NCBI RefSeq assembly: GCF_021028975.2
Contig: NC_059429.1
Coordinates: 73,966,001-74,030,000, forward strand
DNA: 64,000 nt
Direction: 5' to 3'
Source of the DNA: Sphaerodactylus townsendi
Taxonomy: Eukaryota
How positions within the stretch are numbered: the first letter of the stretch is position 1; every line of letters begins with the position of its first letter. The translations under genes and the position numbers were made by a program. The notes beneath the pieces were generated by a model. The model saw only the letters and a list, made by a program, of their open reading frames with translations. It was not told the origin of the DNA and ran no database searches. Positions 1-13,100 of the stretch are shown in pieces.

Positions 1-1338
1 TTGCGTCACTGTCTACAGCAGAAAATTTGAAACCACATTAGACTCCTGAACCTCCGCACCGATCTGGATTGGAGACGTGTTTTTTTTAAAAGGTTCACTT
101 TCATGCAGGTTAGGAAAAACACGTGATGGGGAGGGGGAGCGCCAGAACCGCAATGAATCTGTATTCGGCAGTTCAGCTGTGGGGAGTTCTTCGTGAAACC
201 TGGGTATTTCAGGGGATTATCTCGGGATTATTCGGCAGTAGGGATATGGCCAGTGAGAGACTACCACTGAAAAAGCCCAGTTTCTAGTTGCCACCTGCCT
301 CACCTTTACATAGAAAGGCAGGGGCATAGAGAGCAGGGCATGTGCAAAGGATCTTTACTGGCAAGCTGGATAGCATGGGAGGAGGTGGCTCCATCAAGTA
401 CTCCAATCCCAAACCAGTTACTATCATAAAGGTAAGAACCAATACTTTATAAATTGTGGCCAGTAATACACATGCTGTCTCCCTGTTCCTAGGTCAGTTG
501 GTTGTGTACATGTGTGGGATTTGGCTTTTGGCATCTCACCAAACAATTATGGCATGACAAAAGCTGAATCTTGGTCTTAGCAATACTTGCACAAAAGCAT
601 GATCAGCAACAGGATTGCTTCTGCGTTCCATGGAGACAGGAAGGCGAGAACACATGATTTCCCTCTGGCTACCATGTGCTGAAGCATTAATGTGAATAAG
701 CCCTTAATGAAATGAAAGGCCAAGGCAGTACGAGTTTTTTAGCCTTCAAATTACAACCCAAGATAGCAAGATGAGATGGAGGCTTCAGGATGGGGGCAAA
801 GCCACTCAGTGTAAAGAATATAGGCAAAGAAAAATGAAGGCCCCTTGCATGCTTACCCCGAACAACCTCCCCACCAATTGTATACAGTTCTGTTGTGTTT
901 TGCTCAGTAGGTACTAGGCTCTGGTTCTGTAAGCATTTTGCGGGGTTGAGGAAAATTACTTTCTCCAACCACTACCACTGCCCCTATAAGGTTTGAGTGT
1001 TTGTGTTTCCTTTTTGGTAATTATTCAGGGGAGCATTAGAGATCTGAATGATTTCAGGAGGAGAGTAATGTCTGTTGGAGTTTAGTGGAATTATTAGTTG
1101 ACATTATCTCAATGCATTTAAATTGTGATTTTAATGTCTGTAAGCCACTTTCAGTACTGTAATAAAGGAGAAAAGTGGTGTATAAATATTTTAAATAAAT
1201 AAAATAGGTATGTGGGAGTCACACTTGGGATGAAGTTCCAAAGAGAATAATTGTAATAGATAGATTCTATTTCAACGACATAAACAGATCTTCAAAAGCA
1301 ATCGCCCTTAAATCTTCTTTAGAGAAAAAAGTACTCAC

Positions 1339-1568
1339 TGGTTGGTCAAGTGGGTAAGTGGAGTCAGGAAGGCCTGGAAAATGCTGAGCAGGGGGAAGAG
1401 GTAAGGGTGGAGCTATAGGAGGCGGGAGTAAGAGTGGGGACCCTCTTTTGGGCTGCCGTGGCTTCATCCTGTCAGAGTTGTATCTCAGCATGCCTATCTC
1501 AGCATGCATTCGAGCCTTCTCTGCCATATGTACTTGCTGGAGCTCAGCTATCTCCTTGTCCAAATGGC
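1339..1568 (-). CDS. CCDC17: CCDC17 coding exon 9 (HLDKEIAEL...PPPIAPPLP...DQP)
   Basis: tcaccag acceptor, CCA|GTGAGT donor, proline-rich segment. Confidence 0.85.
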
Positions 1569-4500
1569 CTGGTGAAAAAGGAGATGGGAAAGAGTGCCGA
1601 GCAGAGGGCACACAAGGCTGCAGGCAAAATACATATTTCTCGAGAAGACAATATTGGTAAAAGTGACATTATTGGTACAAGGTTGTTTCATGTTATGAGG
1701 TGGAACAACAGCCAGAAATGTATCCCATTGATGTCCTGGCATTTTACTAGAGCAAGTTCAAAGATCTGTTTCCTCTTTGCTGGACTAGTATGCTACTGTT
1801 TCTGCTGAACTTCCAGAAGGTTACAGTGATTCCAATAGCATCCACGAGAAGTCTATAGAACTTAAATACTAAGTTTCTTTGGAAACATGTGGCCCCCTTC
1901 AAGTATTCTAAGGACATCTTTTGCCATTAGCAGGTCTCTAAATTTCTGAAGAAGTGATCTCAGCAAGTATGTGGAGAGCATCAAAAGAAATGAGGACCTT
2001 TTAGGATACTAGTGGTATAGTGTCCTTATATAAGCTGAACTGAATCATATAGAACACCCAAACTATCTTACAACTCATCCCTTCTATTTTTCAGAAGACC
2101 AACATGAAAACAGAAGTTGTGTGCAGCAAAATGGGGTGGAATAAATGAATACACAGGTAAGTAATTATGAAGAGCCTTGTCCCATAGCTTGGCCCAAAAC
2201 AAAGTTCCCCATATCAAAATGTATGTTAGTCCACCAAAGTCCTAATTGACAGAGGCTAAAATAAGAATCCACCACTCCAGCATTCTCATGGACTATTAGT
2301 ACACATCTCAAATTTCCCAGGCAACATCTTTGACAATATAGACTGGGGACACTACCATTTTCCATTCTCCTTCTGTCCCTTAGGATCTTTGACTTGAATA
2401 GTTCATCGTCCAACCTCTGATTCTCCAGCTCAACAGCCAGAAGTTCAGCATCCAAACCCTGTGGGCTACCTTCATATTCTGCAATGGTAGGAAGGAATGC
2501 CAATTACCAACAGAGTTGAGGAAGTGAAAGAGGTGGGAAGAATTTGCTAAGGTTTCTGAGTTAACATAGCAAACAGGGTATCTTAAAGGCTAACAAAGTA
2601 TGACAGTTTGAGCTTTCATAAGAAATACCACCCTTCATTCCATGGTTTTCCCTAGGCTCCCAGTGGTGAGACTGGGCCTTGGCATAGTTTGGAAACACTA
2701 AGCCCAGCTGAGTCTAAGGAGGATGGGCAAATGCTAGAGTTAAGGGATGAAGAGACAGTCCTGCTGTCCTAGTCTGTGCCACAAAAACCAAGTTTGAGGG
2801 GAAGGTAGTAGGGAAATAGAACTCACTCTTCTTTCTGCCCTTGAGCTCAGGCCTTGATCCAGCTTTCTCCAGGGCTACGGCCTCCACCTGCAGCTCATAC
2901 ATCTGTCTGAGGATGTTGTGATCATTGTTTCCACTCTGCATGTAAGCCAGATACAGAGCCCTGCAGGAAACACATAAAGTCATTATCAAGTTCCTCACAA
3001 CATCCCTACATTATTTATTCCTCACAGGAGTTTATATGACTTGATTTTCAGCATCACAGGCCAAAGTTCAACTGGGTGATCTTTTTATGGAGATGAAAGA
3101 ATGGAGAAAGCTGCTATATTATGGAGATGAAAGAATGGAGGAATGTGTTTAATGCTTGCTTGTGATACAACTGTTAAAGGCTCAATGTTAGGGAGAGGAA
3201 GATGGCAACTCTACAGACTACAATACATCCACTGGAGTTTTCCCCTCTCTCAACCAGTGAAAAGTGCCAAGACAACCCACTCAGAGTTGTAAATTGTAAA
3301 AATGTCCTTAAATTGTAAGAATTCCCTAAAATGTCAACATTCATATTAATTCTCTCTGTTGACAGAAAGCATTGCTCTGTTCATCTTCTCACTATTTTTT
3401 GCTCACTGTATCTCTGAAGAGAGAGGTCCAACAGCTGCAGGGAATGGCAAAAGCCTGAGGGAGACCTTCTTTTCCATTTTGCTTGCAGTACTGCTTGTCT
3501 TTATATTGGTTGGGGGTTCTGGTTTGCCTCTAAAAAGAAATGAAACAGGAAGGATAAAGATATGTATAAAAGCTTGACTTTTTTTTTCTCTTGCCGCTGG
3601 TTCCTTCCCTTCTCAACCTACTCTAAAAATTATGGATGACTGGATGGATCTTAGTATGGTCCTGGACCTCTTCAGATCTAAACATAATGACTTGGTTCTC
3701 ATATCAGGATCATAAAGACCGGGAGCGATCTTCTAATCTAAGCCCTGTGATCCCCAATGTAGTACCCAGGGATACCATGGTGCGTGCCAATGGTTATCCT
3801 GGTACCTGATTATTTTTCCTCCAAACTATGTCTTCCCTAAACAGAAGGGCCAGTTCTGGCTTTCTTCCACACCATTGGAATGGGAAACTTCAGGACACCC
3901 CAGGAAGTTTCACCTTTGGGTTTGCATTTGAAACAATTTATTCCATCACAGAAGAATGCTTGGCTTAGAACCCATCAGCATTCTGTGATCATCCCATCCA
4001 TAGCAGACATTTTGTGGTGGCACCCAGTATGGTTCCTCAAAATTACCCATTTCTTCAGATTTAACAAACTTGCAGACCCCTGTTCTAGCCCCATGACATA
4101 CATATCCTGCATCTACGGCAAGTGGCTGTCTCCCTTGCAGTCTTACTTGCTGTCTGTTGCTGCCTGCAGATGTCCAACCTGTTCCCGCAAGGCATCCAAG
4201 GCAAGCAGGTTCTTCCCCTCCTGGTTTTTCAGCTCCACTAGTAGTTGCTCAATGTGAGATGTAACTGAATTCCCTAACTTCATCTCTGACAAGCGCCCTC
4301 GGATCTCTGGACAAATAAAAAATTGGATGCAGAATAGTGGAGTATCTGAGTTACATCTACTGATATTCTCTGAATCCCATCCCTGTTTAGAATATAATCT
4401 GTCAGAGCCCTGATCCACCAGACTGAGGACATCCATATCTGTGCTGGGTTAATATGTTATCTCTGGTCTACTTCTTAAAAACTGATGAGGTGGCAAATGA

Positions 4501-7500
4501 CCATCAGATTACAGGTGAAGGCTCATATAGTACAAATGTTCCCCACAAGAAAGATCCCTACATACAGAAGACCTAAAAATCAGAGAAAAGGCAAGGCTAA
4601 TAAACCTTCTCCCTAACATGTTAGTTTTATATGGGCAGCAAATGTTGTTCCACAAAAGAGCACACAGATCCTCACCTGTAGTCTGAAACTGTACAAAAAA
4701 GTAACAGATCTGTCTCCTCATTAAGTACATGTAGCTTAGGTCTTGCTATACATTGCCATGTCCTCATTTTGTTGATGGATAACATGAGGCACTCGTATAA
4801 AATGTGCTGAAGGATGTTTTGGGTCTCCCGATACACACCAGTCCTTTCTTGCTTATGACTTTGGAATGTGAAGAAAAGTGATTTCAGAGTGTGTGTCCCC
4901 CGTTCCCCCCGCCTCTCCATTTCTGCATCCTTAAACCATTCCATTCAGCTGCTATTGGATTCAACACAAAATTCATGTAAGCCAGATGAACCTGCAATGG
5001 AGCTACCAGTAATAACGGCTTCATAGGGCAGTCATAAGATGCAAAAAAGGCATTGGCAGAGGCAGGGAAGGATGAAACTGCTCCTCCCTGTACACTGTAG
5101 TTGTTGGCAGAACAGGGTTGGCATGCTTGTGGAAGGAGCAAAACTCCTGTCATGTACCTAGTATAAAGTCATTCTGAATTCTCATTAATATGCATCAGTG
5201 AGTCAGCTCCTAGATTTAAAAACACAACTGGCCATCTAAGCTGCAGTCAAGTTCTTTCTATCTAGCGGCATCTCCTCTCCGTTTCCAGAACTTGTGAGGG
5301 GACAAGCTCTGTGTGCCAGTCCCAGGCCTTTCCTGTTCGATCTTAGCTGTTGGGCTGGACAGTTCAGGTCAGGTCACTCCTTGAAATGGGTTTAAGGGCA
5401 AAGGGCATCTACAGGAGTCTGATAATCCAGTATGTGCTCTAATTTTCTCCTACCATTCCTCTGCTGTTCTAGATAAAGGTTCCTGGCCTGGATATCAGCC
5501 AACTGATGGTCATATGCTTCTGCCAATTGCTCCTGGCGCAGCCAGAATTCCTGCTGATGGAGCATTTGGTGTCTGTTCTCATCCTAGGAGACAACCAAAA
5601 ATGAACTTTAGCACTTTAATCAGTAATCCCTCAGAACTAAGTAATCCTAAAATATATCAGAGAGGAACCAAAAGAGTTTTTGCATTGCTCTTCTCTCTTC
5701 CAGTTAATCCTCACAACACCCTTGTGAGGGTGAGGCTGAGAGATTGTGAGAAGCCCATAGCCACCTGCCAGACTTCCATGGATGAATGTGGGATTTGAAC
5801 CAGGTCATCCCAGGCATCAGTGCTACACTCTAACCACTAGGAAACACCAGTCCTCCACCAACCCATTTCTGGGGACAGAGGGATTTACATATGCAGAATG
5901 TAATTTTCTTGTACCCTCATCTATTGCAGCCCCAAATGCCGCCTGAAATGCATCAGAGAGACAGGCAAAGCCCAAGAATAGCTGGGGAATTGGGAGTCAA
6001 AGTTCTCTCTCTGCTGTGAGAGAAGGGAATCAGGAAAACTCCTTTCCTTCTGTCTCTGGAAACCCTCTGTGGGATCCAAGCCAATAGGTGAAAAGTCAAA
6101 TGTGAATTCTTGGAGAGAAAGTCACAGCATGTCACCTACTGATAGATCTATGTAGTATATTGATCAGAACACTGGGCTTGGAAGTGGGAAATACAGGTTC
6201 AAATGCTTGTCCACCTATATAAACTGGTGTGGTATGGCAGAGTGCTGAACTAGGGTTGGGAATACCAATGTTTGGGTTTCAGCTCAGCCTCTTCAAGTTG
6301 CACTGCAAGACCAGCTTGTTTGCCCTGGCTTTGCAGGGGTTTGAATGGCAAGCATCTTTGGAGGAAGAGAGATTTATTTTATCTTTAGTTTTAGCTAGGG
6401 ATGTTTTAACTATTACTGTAAGCCAACTAGAACCAAGAGGAAAGGCAGAATATACATGTTTCATCAAACAGACTAACAAACAAAATAAAAGTGTCCTGGG
6501 TAAACTTGTGCCAGTCACTCCACTCATGACAGAACAGTTCATAGGGTTACTGTGAGGATGAAATAGTGGAGGGGAGAACCTTGTGTGCTTAATTTGAGCA
6601 TTTGGAGGAAGGCTGAAATAAAAATATGATTGACAGATGACATTGGGCAATTCACTCTCTAAGCCCACCACATTTCTGAAGATTACCTTAAGAGCACCTT
6701 AAAGAGCCACCATGGCATAGTGCCGTGGTGGCGAACCTTTGGCACTCCAGATGTTATGGACTACAATTCCCATCAGCCCCTGCCAGCATGGCCAATTGGC
6801 CATGTGAGGGGACAAGCTCTGTGTGCCAGTTCCAGGCCTTTCCTGTTCCAATTGGCCATGCTGGCAGGGGCTGATGGGAATTGTAGTCCATAACATCTGG
6901 AGTGCCAAAGGTTCGCCACCACTGACTGTAGTGGTTAAGAGCAGTGGACTGTAACCTAGAGAACCAGTTGGTTGTGGCGGGTTTTCCGGGCTGTGTGGCT
7001 GTGGTCTGGTGGATCTTGTTCCTAACGTTTCACCTGCATCTGTGGCTGGCATCTTCAGAGGTGTATCACAGAGATGCCAGACACAGATGCCAGCCACAGA
7101 TGCAGGCGAAACGTTAGGAACAAGATCCACCAGACCACGCCACACAGCTCGGAAAACCCACCACATCCAGTTGAATCCGGCCGTGAAAGCCTTTAACAAT
7201 ACTAGAGGACTAGGTTCGATTCCCCACTCTTCCACATGAAGTCTGCTAAATATCCTTGAATCAGTCAGTTATCTTAGAACTTTCTCAGTCCATGCAGAGC
7301 TAGGCCATGGCAACCCACCTCCAAACATCTCTTGCCTTGAAAACCCTAAGGGGTTGCCATAAGTCAGCTGCGACTTGATGGCATTCATACACACAGCCCC
7401 TTAGAGACCAACAGGATTTCCAGGGTCAGATACAAAGGCAAGCTTTGACTCTTGAAAGTTTGTGCCCTGGAAATATTGTTGGGGTTTAAAGTGCTACTGG

Positions 7501-10079
7501 GCTGAAATCTTCTACTTCAATGCAGCTACCCACTTGAAAGTATTATGAAAACTGCTGTAAAGCTAAAATCCAAGTGCTTTTCATTCAGGTTATTGCAGTT
7601 GCTGAGCACCCCAAGTGCAATATTTTGTCCATCGGACAATAAGATATTTAGCTGGCGAACTGTGCTGTGATTCCTGCATGGAGTGGTGTTGCATCAATGT
7701 CGAGGGCATCTATTTGACACTCGTTGTGATTAACTGGTATTATTTACACAATTGTATCCACATGCTTACCTCCACGTTGTGATCCTTTTATTTTAAGTTC
7801 ATTTTATTATTATTTATTTCCTTTATTTATGCAACATTTATCCCCAGTGGGGCCCCCAAGTGGCTTACATCGTTCTTTGCTCCTCCATTTTATCTTCATA
7901 ACAACCCTGCAAGGTAGGTTAGGTTGACAGTGTGTGATTGTCCAAAGATCAGCCAGCAAGTTTCTATTGCAGAATGGGGAGTCAAACTTGAGTCTCTCAA
8001 ATCATTGACCAATACTCTAACAATTGCACCATGCTGCATCACAACCAGCACCATGTAGCAATTAATTTGTGTGCAAAGGTTTCATTTGCAGTTCTGGCTG
8101 TTTTAATCACACCACTGTAATCCAGAATTAAAATAACTGGAACCACATTTGGAGCTGCTTGATGTAAATCACTTGTCACATAGCATACATGGCTGCATTC
8201 TCAAGAAATTATCACACTACAGAACTCATGTACAAATGGGGACCTTACACTCTCACAACTGAAATTTGTCCTTTTGGTACAACTTGGGACTGTTCTTTTG
8301 ACCAGATTTTTTTTCTGTGTCAAACTACCAAAAGGTTATTCCCATGCAGCACAAAACAGAAAAAGAAAAAAAAATATTTTTCAAGTATTTAATTGAAAAA
8401 TAAACTGGGGAAATTAGGATTTCAACAGCCATTTAAAATGGAGCGGATGAGGTGAATTGTTGGTCTGGTGGAAGATAATTCCATGTTTAGGGAGTAGCAA
8501 TGGAGAAACATTGGAGATTAGGAGATGGGTTAGTACTTTAAGAGAGCAGAGAGAAAACAGAATATTTAAATGTATTGTCAAAGGCTTTCACAGCCAGATG
8601 TAACTGGTTGTGGTGGGTTTTCCGGGCTGCATGGTCATGGTCTGGTGGATCTTGTTCCTAACGTTTCGCTGCATCTGTGGCTGGCATCTTCAGAGGCGCA
8701 TCACAGAGGAAAGTCTGTTACACACTGTGTCCAGAAGACTTAAAGGTTAGTTGTCTGAACAAAATCCAGGAGGAAAGAGGGAACCAAGGAGAGAAACATG
8801 GTCAAAGCAGGTGGTAATGAGATGGAGAGAGAAACTGAGAATAGAAAGAAGACGTTAAGAATGGAAGCTGAACGTCAACTAGAGGAATGTTATAACAATC
8901 AAAACAGGAAACAATAAATCCATATTTTGTTTCGTATTTCAATGGTATTTCAAAGCCTTTCCCTAGAACTGAATGCATTTTAATTGTCTTGAAACTCCTA
9001 CAAGATTCTTTCCCTATTAAAGCCTGCAGACACTCTGCTTTACCTCTGCTTGGGAAGTCTTGAATGTAGGAAGTGTATCTTCCAGGGACATCCTCAGTTT
9101 GTGAAACTGTAAAAGCGAAATAGCATTCCTTTAGTAGCACACTGCACCTCTAAGCATTGGTTAGGGTTCTGACTTTTTCCTGTCAATATTATTGTGTCTT
9201 TAATAGCTGTGTGTCAACAGAAATTCAGAAACAACATCTTTTCCATCACTGTACTACTAAGCTTTGCCTGCTAAAGATCTACTTAACATAAAACCTATAC
9301 GTTTCAGCACTAACTTGCTTCGTTTTGTTTGAAAACATTTGAGTGGAAAGTAGCAATCACATTTCTCTGCTAGTCTATACACTAGTGATGGCGAACCTTG
9401 TTGAGACTGAGTGCCCGAATTGCAACCCAAACCCCACTTATTTATCGCAAAGTGCCAACCCGGCAATTTAACCTGAGGTTTTAGTTTAGAAATAACCGAT
9501 TGGCTCCCTCTTCCTCCGCCCCACCCGCTCGAGCAGGGGCCAGCCTGCTCTAGCCTCCAGCAAGTCCCACGCACACTGCTCTGTGCCTCTCTAGCATCTC
9601 TGCCTCCTCCGTGCCCCCCCCCCCCGCAGCAACCACCCGGAGCACAGGCACCAGGCCTGCCAGCCAAGTCCTCCCTGCTCACCGTGGTGTGCGCATGTTG
9701 TGCTCAGTGGCCCAGGTCAGTCTAGATGTGTGTGTGGGGGGGTGATTTTCCGCCCCACACATGAAGAACTCTCTGTGGCCGTGCCCACAGAGAGGGCTCC
9801 AAGTGCCACCTCTGGCACCCATGCCATAGGTTTACCATCACTGCTATACACAATCATTTGTACACCCATGTTGTGATGGTAAAGATCCTCATCACATGAT
9901 TTCGAGCACAGTGATCTACAGTACAGTCCTATGCAGAGTTATTCCTTGTAATTCCATTGACCTCAGCAGATTTAGAAAGGTGCAACTCTTCTTGAGATTA
10001 CACTGCAATCTTGTAAGTCTTCTAACAGCTTGAACAGCATGAGATTGCAGGACACTGCCTCTTTCTTACTCATCCCACA

Positions 10080-10138
<59 letters not shown>

Positions 10139-13100
10139 TATAAACCGCCCTCCCCCGAAGGGCTCAGGGCGGCGAACAAACAAATAGATAGAGCACAAAT
10201 AAAATCAAAATTTTTAAATAGTTATTAAATATGGCTCTATAAGTTAAAATCGACCCCCATTAAAATGCAGCATCTATCAAAATTACCGATGGCGACCTAC
10301 TCGTAGTCCCCTAAGAAAAGAGGGGGGGAGGAAAGAAGAGGGAGGGGGAACGGCAGGGTCCACAGATTTTAAATGTTTACCAGGCGGTGATGAGCTGTAG
10401 ACTCAGTGTATTTTGGAGATACACTGAATAATGTAACAGACTGGTTCACAGCAAATAAATCACATTGTAATGGGCCATGGGATAGCTGCATCACTGTCAG
10501 GACAAAATGGTCAAGTGAATAACCTCAATATGATACTTCATTCACATCTTGTAATTGGAGATGGCTAGTTTGCCATCTTTAACTGCCTTGCAATATCTCT
10601 GCTTAAATTGTAATAGTAAAGCACTCAGTAGGTGGTTCAGCATGAAACATTTATTACTCTTAGCACAAAAAGAAAAGAGGCTTCCACCTGCTGATTTTAG
10701 TGAGACTTAACTGCTAATGTTTAGGATTGGGATGTTAAAAGTTTTAAAAAATGCTTGAAGGGATGCACCAAATGGGAAGCTGAACCTAAAACATTCAGTT
10801 TTTAATTTGTGATGACACAGGATTTGGGCGACCCAGGTTTGAATTTCCACTCTATCATGAAGCTTGGGTGATTTTGGGCTACTCATACATGCTCAGTCTA
10901 AGCTACCTCACTTTTGGGTCCCAATTGGGAAGAATGGCATGGCATCAATGAAATAAAGTAAGCAAAATATATATTAAAAACCCCAGGCCACAATTTAGTC
11001 TAAATGGGTAACAAATATAGTTTAGGTCTATTGGAGAAGAGTGAGTACCATGTTTTGGAGACCTAAGGATAACGTATAAATAAGGCAGGGGACTCCAACT
11101 GCAAGAAGAGTGATGCTTATATATACACACATCCATTTCTCAGTAGTACCTCTTCGGTCAATTTCTTCAAAGCCTGATTGTCTGAAGCATTTCCTACATG
11201 ATCAGAGCTTCTGAGGGGTTGCGTTGGTTGCTCATGTGCTCTGTTTTCCCAGCGCCTTACATGGTGCATCTTGATGCTTGGCTCTTGTAGCTGATAATTC
11301 TGTCCCACAGAAACCACATAATATGTATATAAATTCAGGGGGGAGGAATGATAGGCAAATATATCATGGCAGAAATTAATGGAACCTTGAATGTCAAAAT
11401 TATGGGCTTTAAGGAAGCAGTTGTGAAAAATACTGCTATAAATGGGGGATCTGCAAGGACTTAAGGGGGAGATTTAATTTCTCCTCCCATACCATTTCTT
11501 CTTTCTCTTCCTGAAAGCCTCCATAACCTGTCCCCTTTTCCTGCTTCCTTCTCTCCTTCCCACCTATCAGCCACTTACTTGAAAACTATGTATAACGCCG
11601 GTTGCCACACCAAATTCAGTCGTCCCAATGCACTTGCCAGGACTTGTGAGGGTGCACCTCACTTTCCCTTGTGTCCTACCCCATACATTATTTCCTTTCC
11701 CCCCCTTCACCTGGTATTCCTCATATCCTCACCATTTCTTGAGTTCTTTCTCCTTCTCACCCACCAGGCAATCATTTTCTTCTTAAAGCTACAAGTGCTG
11801 CTTTTATTATTTGGTGAGGAGGGGTTAACCTCCCATGGTTTTTGTTTGTTTGTTTGTTTGTTTTAGATTTTGAATATTTTTTCTGGTTGGTTAGTTAGAT
11901 AAATTGATACTGCCAAAGGACAAAGCAAAGGTATTGTCAACAACAGAGATGTATCGGGGGTAAATAGCGCCCAGAGTCAACTCTTTCTCTGGGTGCCCCC
12001 GCCACCCTCGCGTCCCCAGTGTCCCACATGTGCTCGGAGGTGGGGATTGGGGGTGTAGCCTGACCCTGAGCCCCACCTCCGCCCTCCGTGCAGGTCAGCT
12101 TTTGCCCAAAATCGGGGGGGGGGCAGGTCTTAGTGGCAGCGGTGTGCCCTGGTGGATGCTACGGCTCCCCACTGCCGATCCCTGTTTTTCCGCCTCCCTG
12201 CAGGCTGGCTCTTGAGCTGACCTGCAGGGAGGCGGGGGGGGGGGGAATCTTGGTGCCGTGCGCCCGGGGACATGGGTGACCTCATGTCCCTAAAGGCTGT
12301 ACGCCTCTGGTGAGCAAGCTAATCTCTCCCCACAGATAGCAGTCTTAACTGATCTCTCCCCACGCCTCTGGTGAGCAAGCTAATCTCTTCCCACAGATAG
12401 CAATCTTAACCGATACTTACACCAAGAAGAAGAATTGAGACCTTCCAGATTTAGGGCATCCTTAAAGATGTTTTTAATTACATTTTCTGGAACTGTTATT
12501 TAACTGTTATCTAACATCCACATATCCTTTACTCAAGGAAGCATTTATCTTGCACAGAAACTGCGCTTTCTCTGACTTCAAACTGCAGGCAAAACATCAG
12601 GAGAGAATGCTGCTAGAACACGGCCATACAGCCCGGAAACCACACAGCTATATACAGCTATGTGTACACATGTGCATGCTCAACATCCTCCTCATGCTTC
12701 AGTTGCAATAGGAGTTATGTGTAGGGTACATTTGAATAAATGTCACTGACAGTGCTCAAGACACCAGTGGTTGTGAATGACACAATTCAAACTAACACCA
12801 TGTAAAATGACACTATTTTTTATCTCTACATTGTTTCATTTCCGTTTTCAGATGCTAGCAGACACCCCTTAGGTCATACACTGTGCTTCTTTAACTAAAA
12901 AAAGCTGGTAGAGGTGAGTGAAAAACCTTGCTGCTGCTTACTATGTGTGTATAGTGTCGTCAAGTTGAAGGAGACTTCTGACGACCCCAGGAAGGGGTTT
13001 CAAGGCATGTGAGAAGCAGAGGTGGCTTGCCATTGCCTTCCTCCGCAGAGTTTTCCTTGGTCTCCCTTCCAAGTACTGTCCCTGCATAACTTTTGAGATT

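Larger units (their letters stand above)
6703..7385 (+). mobile_element. tRNA-derived SINE with RTE-type tail, interrupted by a MITE and a Penelope element
   Basis: A-box TAGTGG and B-box GGTTCGATTCC split by two insertions; tail gttgccataagtcagctgcgacttgatggca. Confidence 0.7.

Noticed and set aside
3086-3140. 21-bp direct repeat tatggagatgaaagaatggag
   Set aside because: Ordinary slippage duplication with no further structure.
6699-7239. 178-aa ORF and recurring peptides ([22 protein letters not shown])
   Set aside because: Translations of MITE and Penelope repeats, recurring at 16682, 36577 and 40530.
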